From Acidobacteriota bacterium (GTDB taxonomy: Bacteria; Acidobacteriota; Blastocatellia; Pyrinomonadales; Pyrinomonadaceae), in assembly GCA_040007515.1 (NCBI GenBank), contig JBDTUT010000008.1, forward strand, positions 43,644-107,643: a stretch of DNA of 64,000 nt. Direction: 5' to 3'. Every line of letters begins with the position of its first letter. Position 1 is the first letter of the stretch. A program made the translations under genes and the position numbers. The notes beneath the pieces are model-generated. The model worked only from the letters and a program-made list of their open reading frames with translations, was not told the origin of the DNA and did not search any database. Shown here piece by piece: positions 8,376-17,882 of the stretch.

Positions 8376-10750
8376 TAGTTCACCTGTTCCGCTCCAGCAT
8401 CTTGAGACAGGTAGGTTTCGACCGCTTTCATCAGCGTTTCGGGGCCGAACGGTTTGGTGATATACCCCGTCGTACCGGCCATACGTCCGCGAACCTTGTC
8501 AAAAAACCCGTCTTTACCCGAGATCATTACGACAGGAACGTCCTGTGTGGCAGTATTGCTGCGGATCATTTTGCAGACCTGATACCCGTCCATCCGCGGC
8601 ATCGTTATATCAAGCAGGACAAGGTCGGGGACGAGATCCTCCAAGCATTCTATCGCTTCAACGCCGTCGCCCGCGCAGACGACGTCATGGCCGCATTTTT
8701 CGAGTTTGCCGGCGATCAGTTTACGCACGGTCGGACTGTCATCGACGATAAGGATCGTTTTTCCCTTCGGCTTTGCGTCGTGCACCTCGTCGCGGCGCTT
8801 CATTTCGTCGAGCCGGATCCGAAGTCCGTTTACCTGACTGCTTAGAACAACGTTATTCGGATTGAGGTCCGATGCCTGTACCAGATAGTTAAGGCCGTAC
8901 GGATAATTGTGAAGGTTAAGATGACCGATCGCCAACATCGTGAGTTCGGCCTCCGACAACTCGCGTTTAAGTTTTTCGGCCTCTACTCGTTCAACGGCTG
9001 TCCTGAGCATCAGCTTATCGGCAGCAGTGTTTGCGATGAGCAGTTCCAGATCCGACAAACTCAAAACCGCATTACAGGTCCGGCAGACGATCGCCTGCAC
9101 ATCGTTCTCGTCGTTGCAAAATGAACAGAATGTAACGTGTGAAAAAGTATTTCCTTCGTGAGCAATGCTAACCACGGAACTGCTTAATGGCATGACCGTT
9201 ACGTGATCAAAAGCGGCCTCGGTAGCAGGGGCCGGCATTTCTCGTACCGAGTCACAGACGTCTTCAGAAACCACGGTAATTGCATCGCGAAGGGAATCGC
9301 TTGACTCAGCGGGCTGCGAATAATTCTCCGTGAGCAATAACTGCTCGAACGTGTCCTGTGCAAAATACTCGTCGGGCTCAACGGGTTCATCCGTGGGGAT
9401 CGAGTTTTCCCATTCCGCCTCGGAATCATTGTCCTCCGGTAGCGCTTGCATCTCGAACTGAAGTTCCGGCTCGAAACCACCAACTTCCGGCGAGTCCGGA
9501 TCGGAAGTTCGGACCTCGATCTCGGCTGCGGGTTCGGGAAGATCCAGGTGCACCTCAAATTCCGTAACGAATTCCTCGACCGGCTGAGCTTTCCACTCGA
9601 CGGCCGTTTCGAAAAATGCTGACGCTCCAGAAGTGTATTCGCGGCCCGTGGACTCGTGATCGTCGGGAGAATGACCTTCGTCGCTAAGGTATCGCGGAAC
9701 TTCGTCCGCCTCACTGGCCTCAACGGTTTCAAGACGCTCAAACGGTGAATCGACTACTTCCTCAACCGCTGGTTCGACCGCCGCTATAGTTTCCGCGTCC
9801 GCGCCGGTGTGCAACGCAGGAACGAACTCGTCGTCATGTGTGTCAACTTCGGCTTCGGATTCGTCCCTGGGTTCGGCTTCCACAGCGGGTGCTTCGGAAA
9901 CGGCATCGGTTATACTAGCCGCACTTTGATTCGGCGCAACTGTTTCAATTATCGAAAGCAGCGATTCCAGGCCGGACTTTGCGGTCACATTAGCCGGGTT
10001 CAACTGCAATACTTTCTGGAATGCAAGTATCTTGCGATCGAAGCCTTCAGCGATATGGGCACGAAGTATCCATGCGTCTTCCGAGTCAGGATTCTCCGCA
10101 ATGATCGCGTCGAGAAATTCATTTGCGTCCGCGCTTTTGCCCGCGACCGCAGCTGCTCTTGCTTCCGCCAATTGGCACTGGCTGATCTCGCGTCGGGCGG
10201 AGCGTAGTCCGTTTTGCGCCGTCTCATTTGCCGGGTCGATACTCAGCACGCTTTCAAAGTATGTGATCTTGCCGTCGTTCGAGTCACACAGCGACGCCAT
10301 CCAAAGCCACGCCATCGAATTCGTCTGATCGTATTCGAGTGCCTGGTTGAAGCACTGTGCCGCGTAATCCGCTTTGTTTTCTTCGGCAGCGTCGATGCCG
10401 CGTTGAACGAAAGTTTTAGAAAGCAGAGATTTCGTCGCCGCCGTCCACTCGATCGCTCTCTGACTCTCAGGATTAATCTCGAGAACGATGCTCAGAAAGA
10501 CCAAAAGTTCTTCGGGATATTCGCTGATCGACGCCAACCACAACCAAGTGCTCTCAATGTTTGCGTCAAGCTCTGAAGAGCGCAGCAGCGAGACACGAGC
10601 ACTCACGCGGTCGCCGGACTGTGCGGCTCGAATGCCTTCGGCCAACAACTCTTTAGCCTCAGCGGCAAAGTTGTTCGCAGGGGCAACCTGCGGTTTTATG
10701 ATCTCCGTCACTGATATTTTTGGCACGACGCTTTCAAGTTCTAATCTCAT
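8375..10750 (-). CDS. TPR-repeat / acidic linker / zinc-ribbon / PilG-PatA-type receiver protein
   Basis: C-terminal REC ILIVDDSPTVRKL...LLDITMPRMDGYQVC...GKDGFFDKVRGRMAGTTGYITKPF. CSFCN...CRTCN ribbon. N-terminal TPR-like repeats. Start set at ATG 10750 (MRLELES...) because the longer ORF to 11038 overlaps the divergent gene. Confidence 0.75.
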   Translation of the reverse strand: MRLELESVVPKISVTEIIKPQVAPANNFAAEAKELLAEGIRAAQSGDRVSARVSLLRSSELDANIESTWLWLASISEYPEELLVFLSIVLEINPESQRAIEWTAATKSLLSKTFVQRGIDAAEENKADYAAQCFNQALEYDQTNSMAWLWMASLCDSNDGKITYFESVLSIDPANETAQNGLRSARREISQCQLAEARAAAVAGKSADANEFLDAIIAENPDSEDAWILRAHIAEGFDRKILAFQKVLQLNPANVTAKSGLESLLSIIETVAPNQSAASITDAVSEAPAVEAEPRDESEAEVDTHDDEFVPALHTGADAETIAAVEPAVEEVVDSPFERLETVEASEADEVPRYLSDEGHSPDDHESTGREYTSGASAFFETAVEWKAQPVEEFVTEFEVHLDLPEPAAEIEVRTSDPDSPEVGGFEPELQFEMQALPEDNDSEAEWENSIPTDEPVEPDEYFAQDTFEQLLLTENYSQPAESSDSLRDAITVVSEDVCDSVREMPAPATEAAFDHVTVMPLSSSVVSIAHEGNTFSHVTFCSFCNDENDVQAIVCRTCNAVLSLSDLELLIANTAADKLMLRTAVERVEAEKLKRELSEAELTMLAIGHLNLHNYPYGLNYLVQASDLNPNNVVLSSQVNGLRIRLDEMKRRDEVHDAKPKGKTILIVDDSPTVRKLIAGKLEKCGHDVVCAGDGVEAIECLEDLVPDLVLLDITMPRMDGYQVCKMIRSNTATQDVPVVMISGKDGFFDKVRGRMAGTTGYITKPFGPETLMKAVETYLSQDAGAEQVN

Positions 10751-11024
10751 ATGATTTGTCGAGTGGGATAATGGAAGCAGGAATGTTCGATACGGCGGGG
10801 AAGTTGCGAAGATGGACTTCGCGCGATTGCGACCTACAGCCAGATGCAAAAGCAGTGCCATTTGCTGATTACACCGGCACGCATGGCGAAACCATTGATT
10901 TCGCTCTAAAATATGGACGTTACCGTCGCGGGACGGTGTCGACCCGGTTCGCATCGAAACAGCCAAAGTGACAAATTGTGGCGCGTCAGATTGACAAAAA
11001 TTCGTAAAATTTGACCTACAGAAA

Positions 11025-11969
11025 ATGACAGAAATCAATTCGATAGAGAGAGATGTGTTGATAATCGGCGGCGGGCCGGCGGGTCTCTCGGCGTCGTTAT
11101 GGTGCGCCGATATGGGATTAAGATCGGTCGTTTTGGACCGATCGCCGGAACTCGGAGGACAGCTCCTTAGAATTTACAATCCCATAAAAAACCATATCGG
11201 ATTCGAAACTGAGAACGGACGTGAACTGAGCGGTCGATTTCTCGAGTCGTTCAAGCATGTCGAGCACGAACATTTTGTTGGTATCGAGATCGCGGATCTG
11301 GATATTGATTCGATGTCGTTAACGATCGCTGATAACAGACGTTTCATCGGCCGGGCAATAGTTGCGGCGACCGGCGTCCGCCGCCGCTCACTCGGAGTCG
11401 AAGGTGAAACGCGGTTTGCCGGCAAAGGAATTCTTGACTCCGGAGCAAGGCAGCGGAAAAGCGCCGCCGGAAAGCGCGTCGCCGTCATCGGCGGAGCCGA
11501 CGCAGCGGTCGAAAATGCACTGATGCTCGCCGAATTCGCCGAAAAGGTCATCCTTATCCATCGTGGCCCCGAACTAACCGCACGCGAAGAGTTCGTTCGC
11601 CGGGTGATCGAAAACCCTCGGATCGAAACACGCTTCAACGCGGTGGTGCGGGGGTTCAGCGGTGATCAGTCTCTCGACACGATAGAGCTTCTCGATCGCG
11701 CAACGGAAACGGCTGAAGACATTGCTGTCGACCTCGCAGTCATACGCATAGGCGTCACGCCTAACTCCGAGCTCCTCCGCGGAAAAATTGAACTCGACGA
11801 AGCGGGTTACGCTTTCGTAAATAGTCACTATGAAACCTCGGCGTCCGCTGTTTACGCCATAGGCGACCTGTCGAATCCGACCGCCCCGACGATCTCGGGC
11901 GCGGTCGGTTCGGCAGCCACAGCCGTAAAATCAGTAAATGCTTATTTCGCGGCACGTCGTTTCCTATAA
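11025..11969 (+). CDS. thioredoxin-reductase-like FAD/NAD(P)-dependent oxidoreductase without the CxxC redox centre
   Basis: DVLIIGGGPAGLSASLW (FAD GxGxxG). Second Rossmann motif RVAVIGGADAAVENA. C-terminal AIGDL. The position of the TrxB CAxC reads DSGARQ. Confidence 0.75.
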   Translation: MTEINSIERDVLIIGGGPAGLSASLWCADMGLRSVVLDRSPELGGQLLRIYNPIKNHIGFETENGRELSGRFLESFKHVEHEHFVGIEIADLDIDSMSLTIADNRRFIGRAIVAATGVRRRSLGVEGETRFAGKGILDSGARQRKSAAGKRVAVIGGADAAVENALMLAEFAEKVILIHRGPELTAREEFVRRVIENPRIETRFNAVVRGFSGDQSLDTIELLDRATETAEDIAVDLAVIRIGVTPNSELLRGKIELDEAGYAFVNSHYETSASAVYAIGDLSNPTAPTISGAVGSAATAVKSVNAYFAARRFL

Positions 11970-12187
11970 AGCCCAGATTCATTTCTTATGAAAACCCAGC
12001 TTCATCCCCGAAAATTTGAATTTTATCCAAATATTCAAGAATCGTAAATTAAGAATTAAACGGGCAAAGCTGCTCGTTTGACCGTATTTGCGGTGGCGAT
12101 TCCGAATTTTTCCAATTGGAACGAAATGTGCGTCGCTCGTTACAGCTGCATTCCTTAGGGGATCTAATCACATAACTGGGAGGAGCT

Positions 12188-15100
12188 ATGAAATTGAGTT
12201 TTATTAAGTCAATGAACCTACCATTGGCTACATTGTCGCTGATTTTGGCCCTTGCGTTCATTGCGGTCGGCCAAACCGACACGTCGACCATAACCGGCAC
12301 GGTGAGCGATGCTCAGGGCGCCGCCGTTCCCGCAGCCGCGGTCACCATCAATAATTCCGAAAAGGGATTTACGCGAACCGCTCAGACGGGCGATGATGGC
12401 AATTACAGTTTTGTTGCAATCCCGCCGGGTACCTACACGGTCACGACGGAAAAGAGCGGATTCAAGAAAAACGTTCAGACCAGTGTTCAAGCACCGGTCG
12501 CGAGTTCGGCGACGATCAACGTTGCCCTTGAGACCGGTAACGTTTCGGAAACCGTAACGGTAACGTCCGATTCGATCGACTCGATCGTGAACACCACAGA
12601 TGCGACGATAGGCAATAATTTTCAGCCGCTTCAGATCCAGCAGTTACCGACAGACTCGCGAAACATCAACTCGCTTCTCAGCTTGCAGCCCGGCGTCACC
12701 CGCGAAGGCTACGTGAACGGCGGCCGCAGCGACCAGGCGAACATTACTCTCGACGGCGTGGACGTCAACGACCAGCAGCTCGGCACAGCGTTCTTCTCGG
12801 TCCTACGTCCCATCGCCGAGGCGACGGAAGAATTCCGTGTGACCACGACCAATGCGAATGCTGATCAGGGACGCTCATCCGGTGCCCAGATATCGCTCGT
12901 CACCAAGAGCGGAAAAAATTCCCTCCACGGAAGCGCATTCTGGCTGCCGAGACGCACATTCGGTTCCGCTAATAACTTTTTCAATAACAGCACGATCGAT
13001 CCGGACACCGGAGAGTCGATCGAACGGCCGGACATAAGCCGCGACGTTTTCGGCGGCGCCATCGGCGGACCGATCAAGAAGGACAAACTCTTTTTCTTCT
13101 ACGCCTACGAAGGCTGGCGTGAATCGGTTTCTCAGTCGACCATAGCAACGGTGCCGCTCCCCAACCTGGGACAGGGTATTATCCGGCTGTCGCCGACTGT
13201 ATCGCTCACACCGGCACAATTCAATCAATATTATCCGGGTGTGGGAGGACAAAATCCGCTCGCTCTGGCTGCTCTCGCAGATGCGGCAGCACGGTACCCG
13301 TCCAATTCGACCCAGGCGGGGGACGGCCTGAACACCGGCGGTTTCCGGTTTAACGCTCCGACGGCCTACGAACAGAATACTCATGTCCTTCGTTTGGACT
13401 GGCAGATCAATTCCGACCAGCAGCTTTTCGTTCGCGGTAATAAGCAGTTCGACGTTTTCAAGAACGCACCGGCGTTCCCGGACACGGTTCAAGCGGAAGA
13501 CTGGGACCATAACACCGGTGTCGCAGTCGGACACACGTGGACGATCTCGAGTAATAAGATCAATAACTTTCGATATGGGTTAACGCGTCAGGCGTATACG
13601 CGAGGCGCGGATTCGAATCAAAACGCGATCAGCTTTCGATTCGTTTACTCTCCGTCTAATTTCTCTTACGACCTTAGTCGCGTAACGCCGATCCAAAACT
13701 TTACCGACGACTTTACATGGACAAAGGGCAACCACACGATACAGTTCGGCGGAAACATTCGATTGATCCGAAACAAGCGTTCGGATTCCAGCCCGGGTTT
13801 TGATCAGGCGGTCATCAATCCGTCGTATTACCCCGGTTCCGGACGCTCGCTTTTGGCCCCGCTTGCCGGTCCATTTAGTGTTGCGACAAGCAACGTTAAC
13901 CTTCAGGCGGCAGTAGCGGCAGTGATCGGCCGATACAGTCAGTACAGTGCAAACTACAATTACGACCTGCAGGGAAATGTCTTGCCGCAGGGTACAAAGA
14001 TCGAACGCGAATTCGCTACCGAGGAATACGACGTTTACGCTCAGGACTCGTGGCGGCCGTTCCAGAACCTCACGATCAACGGCGGCCTTCGTTATAGCCT
14101 CAGCCGCCCTGTTTATGAAAAGAACGGTTACCAAATCAGGCCGACTATTGCGCTCGGCGATTACTTCGAGCAACGCGTACAGTCGTCGGCGAACGGCCGT
14201 CCGTTCAATGAAGCGTTAAACTTCGAGCTTGCCGGGCCGAAAAACAATAAGCCCGGTTATTACAGTCTCGATACCAACAACTTCCAGCCGCGTATATCTG
14301 CGGCGTGGTCGCCGGCCTTCAAGTCCGGTTTCCTCGGCAAGCTTTTCGGCGAAAGTAACGAGTCGGTATTCCGTGGAGGATTTGCCATCACGAATGACTA
14401 TTTCGGACAGCAGCTTGCCGTTACGTTCAATGGACTGAGCACGCTCGGTTTCCTCACGTCCGATTCGATCGCACCGAACACGTTCGACCTTAGTGATAAC
14501 CTCGGACCGCTGTTTACAGGTTTCGGACAGCGGATAAACAATTTGCCCGGCGTCGCCCCACTCGAAAACCGCTTCATGACACCGGCGGACGAAGACACCC
14601 GCATCGAATATTCGCTCGACTCCAAACTTCAGTCGCCGATCAACTACAGCTGGAATTTCTCTTACGGCCGCAAGCTGCCGAAAGGCCTTTACATCGAGGC
14701 TTCTTATGTAGGACGTATGGCACGCCACCTCTTGGTGCAGCGTGACGTTATGGCGCCGAACAACCTGCGCGACCCGCGATCGGGAACGGACTGGTACCAG
14801 GCCGCGGGCAAAATCTACGACGCGTACTACTCCGGCACCGATTACTCGAACGTTGCGACCGTCCCCTATTTCGAGAATTTGTTCCCGAGCCTGGTCGGCT
14901 ATCTCGGGCCGGGCACCACTGCGACGCAAACCGTGGCGTGGGCCAACCAGAACTTCGCGTTCGGCGACTGGACCTATCTGCAGTTGCTGCTGGACGACTC
15001 GTACGTTTTTGAGACCGACGATCCGAATTGGAGCAATTTCTTCTACCAGCCGCAGTACGCTGCCTTTGCTGCGTTCAGCACCGTCGGCAAGTCTGATTAT

Positions 15101-15898
15101 CACGGGGGGAGCATTTCGGTCCGCCAGCGTCTTGGACAGAGCGTAGTAATGGACTTTAACTACACGTTCTCCAAATCCTTTGATGACGCATCCGGATTAC
15201 AGACCAGCGGAGCTTATGGGTCCGCGTTCATTCTCAATTCGCTTCGCCAAAGCGACAACTACGCGTATTCCGATTTCGATACACGTCACGTTGTTAACGC
15301 CAACGCACTTGTGCAACTGCCGTTCGGAAAAGGCCGCAAATTCCTAAGCGATTCGGGTCGTGCAATGGACGCACTGGTTGGCGGCTGGCAGCTAGGCGGG
15401 ATCTTCCGCTGGAACAGCGGCCTTCCGTTCAACAACCTGATCGACCTCGCAGGGTGGGCGACAAACTGGCAGATCCGATCGTCAGCGGTTCGAACTTCAG
15501 CGATCCAGACGTCGATAACGAGGAACGGTGCAGAAGGTAGGCCGAACCTGTTTTCGAATCTGGAACAGCTCCGCAGGTCCGCTAGGCCGGCTCGTCCCGG
15601 CGAAACCGGCGACCGGAACATTTTCCGCGGCAGTTCTTACTCGCAGTTAGATATGAATCTTGGTAAGACGTTCGATATGCCTTGGAATGAGAACCATAAA
15701 CTCCAGTTCCGGTGGGAAGTGTTCAACGTGCTCAACCTTCAGTACATGGACGAGAACAGCATAACGGCGTTCAGCATTTCGGCACCGGATCCCTTTGACC
15801 CAAGCGTTCCGTCGGAGCTCACTGCTCAGACAGGACAGTTCACGGGAATCAAAGGCATCCCGCGTCGTATGCAGTTCGTGCTGCGTTACTCGTTCTAG
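12188..15898 (+). CDS. TonB-dependent receptor-like outer-membrane protein with N-terminal carboxypeptidase-regulatory-like domain
   Basis: Signal peptide. TGTVSDAQGAAVPAAAVTINN ... YSFVAIPPGTYTV (CarboxypepD_reg). 1236 aa, beta-rich, ends ...RMQFVLRYSF (terminal aromatic). GGGAGG RBS upstream. Confidence 0.8.
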   Translation: MKLSFIKSMNLPLATLSLILALAFIAVGQTDTSTITGTVSDAQGAAVPAAAVTINNSEKGFTRTAQTGDDGNYSFVAIPPGTYTVTTEKSGFKKNVQTSVQAPVASSATINVALETGNVSETVTVTSDSIDSIVNTTDATIGNNFQPLQIQQLPTDSRNINSLLSLQPGVTREGYVNGGRSDQANITLDGVDVNDQQLGTAFFSVLRPIAEATEEFRVTTTNANADQGRSSGAQISLVTKSGKNSLHGSAFWLPRRTFGSANNFFNNSTIDPDTGESIERPDISRDVFGGAIGGPIKKDKLFFFYAYEGWRESVSQSTIATVPLPNLGQGIIRLSPTVSLTPAQFNQYYPGVGGQNPLALAALADAAARYPSNSTQAGDGLNTGGFRFNAPTAYEQNTHVLRLDWQINSDQQLFVRGNKQFDVFKNAPAFPDTVQAEDWDHNTGVAVGHTWTISSNKINNFRYGLTRQAYTRGADSNQNAISFRFVYSPSNFSYDLSRVTPIQNFTDDFTWTKGNHTIQFGGNIRLIRNKRSDSSPGFDQAVINPSYYPGSGRSLLAPLAGPFSVATSNVNLQAAVAAVIGRYSQYSANYNYDLQGNVLPQGTKIEREFATEEYDVYAQDSWRPFQNLTINGGLRYSLSRPVYEKNGYQIRPTIALGDYFEQRVQSSANGRPFNEALNFELAGPKNNKPGYYSLDTNNFQPRISAAWSPAFKSGFLGKLFGESNESVFRGGFAITNDYFGQQLAVTFNGLSTLGFLTSDSIAPNTFDLSDNLGPLFTGFGQRINNLPGVAPLENRFMTPADEDTRIEYSLDSKLQSPINYSWNFSYGRKLPKGLYIEASYVGRMARHLLVQRDVMAPNNLRDPRSGTDWYQAAGKIYDAYYSGTDYSNVATVPYFENLFPSLVGYLGPGTTATQTVAWANQNFAFGDWTYLQLLLDDSYVFETDDPNWSNFFYQPQYAAFAAFSTVGKSDYHGGSISVRQRLGQSVVMDFNYTFSKSFDDASGLQTSGAYGSAFILNSLRQSDNYAYSDFDTRHVVNANALVQLPFGKGRKFLSDSGRAMDALVGGWQLGGIFRWNSGLPFNNLIDLAGWATNWQIRSSAVRTSAIQTSITRNGAEGRPNLFSNLEQLRRSARPARPGETGDRNIFRGSSYSQLDMNLGKTFDMPWNENHKLQFRWEVFNVLNLQYMDENSITAFSISAPDPFDPSVPSELTAQTGQFTGIKGIPRRMQFVLRYSF

Positions 15899-15921
15899 CA
15901 ACTCTCGAGCAAGTCTCATTC

Positions 15922-15950
15922 GCCGGGATCCTTAAGGTCCCGGCTTTTTT
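15922..15950 (+). terminator. rho-independent terminator after the 1236-aa receptor gene
   Basis: GCCGGGA-tccttaagg-TCCCGGC followed by TTTTTT. Confidence 0.65.
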
Positions 15951-15959
15951 GATTTATGG

Positions 15960-16616
15960 TTACCGAGCCGCGAAAGCGTCGTTGCCGGTTGCTTCGTGGA
16001 GGTGGCGGGTGTCGTTCAGTGCTAGAATGCGGACGTTGTTGCGGCCGCGGACTTCGAAGCGGTTGACACCACAGTTGGACGTGACGATCCAGGGTGTCTG
16101 TTTTGTGTCGCGGCGGATCGCGCCCATTAGGTGAAGCGTCAGGAAACAAATAGCGCCGGTGTGGGAAAAGATCGCGATCTTTCCGCCCATTTCGTCACGC
16201 AGAATTTCCCAAAGTTCCCCGGAACTTCTGCGTAGGAGGTTCCGATAGCTTTCGCCGTTCGTGATGACGTGGTGGACGTTGCGGTCGATGAGTGCGTAGT
16301 AATCTTTTGGGAATGTTTCCTTTGACTCGTCAAAGGTTAGTCCTTCGAGAACGCCAACGTTGCGTTCGCGGAACGCGGTGCGCTGATTTATCGGGAGTCC
16401 GAGTATCTGTGAGAGCGGTTCTGCGGTTTGAACCGCACGTGTAAGGTCGCTGGAATAGATCGCCGTGATACCTTCCTTCGCTAACGCCTGACCCACCAGC
16501 TCAGCCTGCTTTTTGCCAAGTACTGAAAGCGGCGTGGGCCCGTGCCCGCCGAATCGCCCTTCGGCGTTTCCGGCGGATTGTCCGTGACGGATGAGGTAGA
16601 GTCTGGTTAACGGCAT
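15960..16616 (-). CDS. histidine phosphatase family protein (phosphoglycerate-mutase-like)
   Basis: N-terminal LIRHGQSAGN (RHG motif). Downstream FSHTGAI second catalytic His region. Confidence 0.8.
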   Translation of the reverse strand: MPLTRLYLIRHGQSAGNAEGRFGGHGPTPLSVLGKKQAELVGQALAKEGITAIYSSDLTRAVQTAEPLSQILGLPINQRTAFRERNVGVLEGLTFDESKETFPKDYYALIDRNVHHVITNGESYRNLLRRSSGELWEILRDEMGGKIAIFSHTGAICFLTLHLMGAIRRDTKQTPWIVTSNCGVNRFEVRGRNNVRILALNDTRHLHEATGNDAFAAR

Positions 16617-16697
16617 GCGTAAAATTTAAGGTTCCAAATTTCAGATTCCAGATCGGCGTCCAATTCTGCTCAGTTCGGGAATCTTTGATCTGCAAAC

Positions 16698-17774
16698 TCA
16701 AGCCGCTACGGATTCGGCCTTTAGCTTTTCGGTTTGATAGTGCGTCGTCAGCGTCTCGATGAACTCATCGATCTGGCCTTCCATCACGAGATCGAGCTGA
16801 TGAACAGTCAAACCGATGCGATGGTCGGTTACCCGATTTTCCTTAAAGTTATAGGTGCGAATCTTCTCTGAACGGTCGCCGCTGCCGACCATCGATTTGC
16901 GTTCCGCGGAAAGCGCGTCATGCTGTTTTTGCTCTTCGAGTTCCTGCAGGCGGGCACGCAAAATGCGCATCGCTTTTTCCTTATTCTTGATCTGCGATTT
17001 CTCGTCCTGCATAGAGACGACAACGTTCGTCGGCAAATGGGTGAGTCGGACCGCGGAATATGTTGTATTCACTGACTGGCCGCCCGGTCCGGACGAACAG
17101 AAATAATCGACCCGAAGGTCTTTCGGATCGACCTGAACGTCGACTTCTTCAGCTTCGGGCAGCACCGCAACGGTGATCGCCGACGTATGTATTCTGCCGC
17201 TCGTCTCAGTTTGCGGCACACGCTGCACACGATGAACGCCCGACTCGTACCTTAGTTTCGAATACACCTTGTCGCCCTCGATCATGGCGAAGGCTTCCTT
17301 GATGCCTCCGACGCCGGTGTCCGCAGCGTCCATGATCTCCATTTTCCAGCCTTGGCGTTCGGCGTAACGGGCGTACATGCGCAGGACTTCAGCAGCGAAC
17401 AATGTCGCTTCGTCGCCGCCGGTACCAGCGCGAATCTCGAGAATGACGTTCTTTTCGTCGTTCGGGTCGCGGGGAAGCAAGATTACTTTCAGAGCTTCTT
17501 CGGCAGCAGGGAGTTTTTCTTCAATTTCGGCAATTTCTGACTGTGCCATTTCCCGCATCTCGTCCTCGTCTGCCGATTCGACCATTTCGCGGGCTCCCGC
17601 CAGTTCTTCCTGCATTCGCTTTACATCGCGATACTTCTCTACGATCTCGCCTAAACTTCGATGCTGTTTCATCAGCTTCGCGTAGGCGGACATATCGGAC
17701 ATGAATTCAGGTGACGAGATCTGGGCCGTCAGTTCGTCGTAGCTCTTTTCTATTTGTGCGAGTCGTTCAAACAT
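16698..17774 (-). CDS. prfA: peptide chain release factor 1
   Basis: [11 protein letters not shown] (GGQ). RF1-type PxT tripeptide context [13 protein letters not shown]. 358 aa. Confidence 0.95.
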   Translation of the reverse strand: MFERLAQIEKSYDELTAQISSPEFMSDMSAYAKLMKQHRSLGEIVEKYRDVKRMQEELAGAREMVESADEDEMREMAQSEIAEIEEKLPAAEEALKVILLPRDPNDEKNVILEIRAGTGGDEATLFAAEVLRMYARYAERQGWKMEIMDAADTGVGGIKEAFAMIEGDKVYSKLRYESGVHRVQRVPQTETSGRIHTSAITVAVLPEAEEVDVQVDPKDLRVDYFCSSGPGGQSVNTTYSAVRLTHLPTNVVVSMQDEKSQIKNKEKAMRILRARLQELEEQKQHDALSAERKSMVGSGDRSEKIRTYNFKENRVTDHRIGLTVHQLDLVMEGQIDEFIETLTTHYQTEKLKAESVAA

Positions 17775-17787
17775 AGTTACTTGTATT

Positions 17788-17882
17788 AGTTACGCGTTTA
17801 GGCGTGAAGGCCGTGAGCTAACGGCCGGTTTAAAAAATGGTCTATGTAATCAGCGTTGCTTTCACACGCAAACGCGTAACTC
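17788..17882. repeat. palindromic repeat element, family B (GTTACGCGTTTAsGCGTGAAG arms)
   Basis: Arms 17788-17811 (AGTTACGCGTTTAGGCGTGAAGGC) and 17858-17882 (GCTTTCACACGCAAACGCGTAACTC) are inverted. Same arm sequence as 59893-59990. It fills the prfA / DUF1385 intergenic gap. Confidence 0.7.

Noticed and set aside
10751-11038. N-terminal 96-codon extension of the TPR-REC ORF (track start at 11038).
   Set aside because: The extension overlaps the start of the divergent oxidoreductase gene (11025). Its composition is non-protein-like and Cys/Arg/His-rich. The ATG at 10750 gives a sensible N-terminus.
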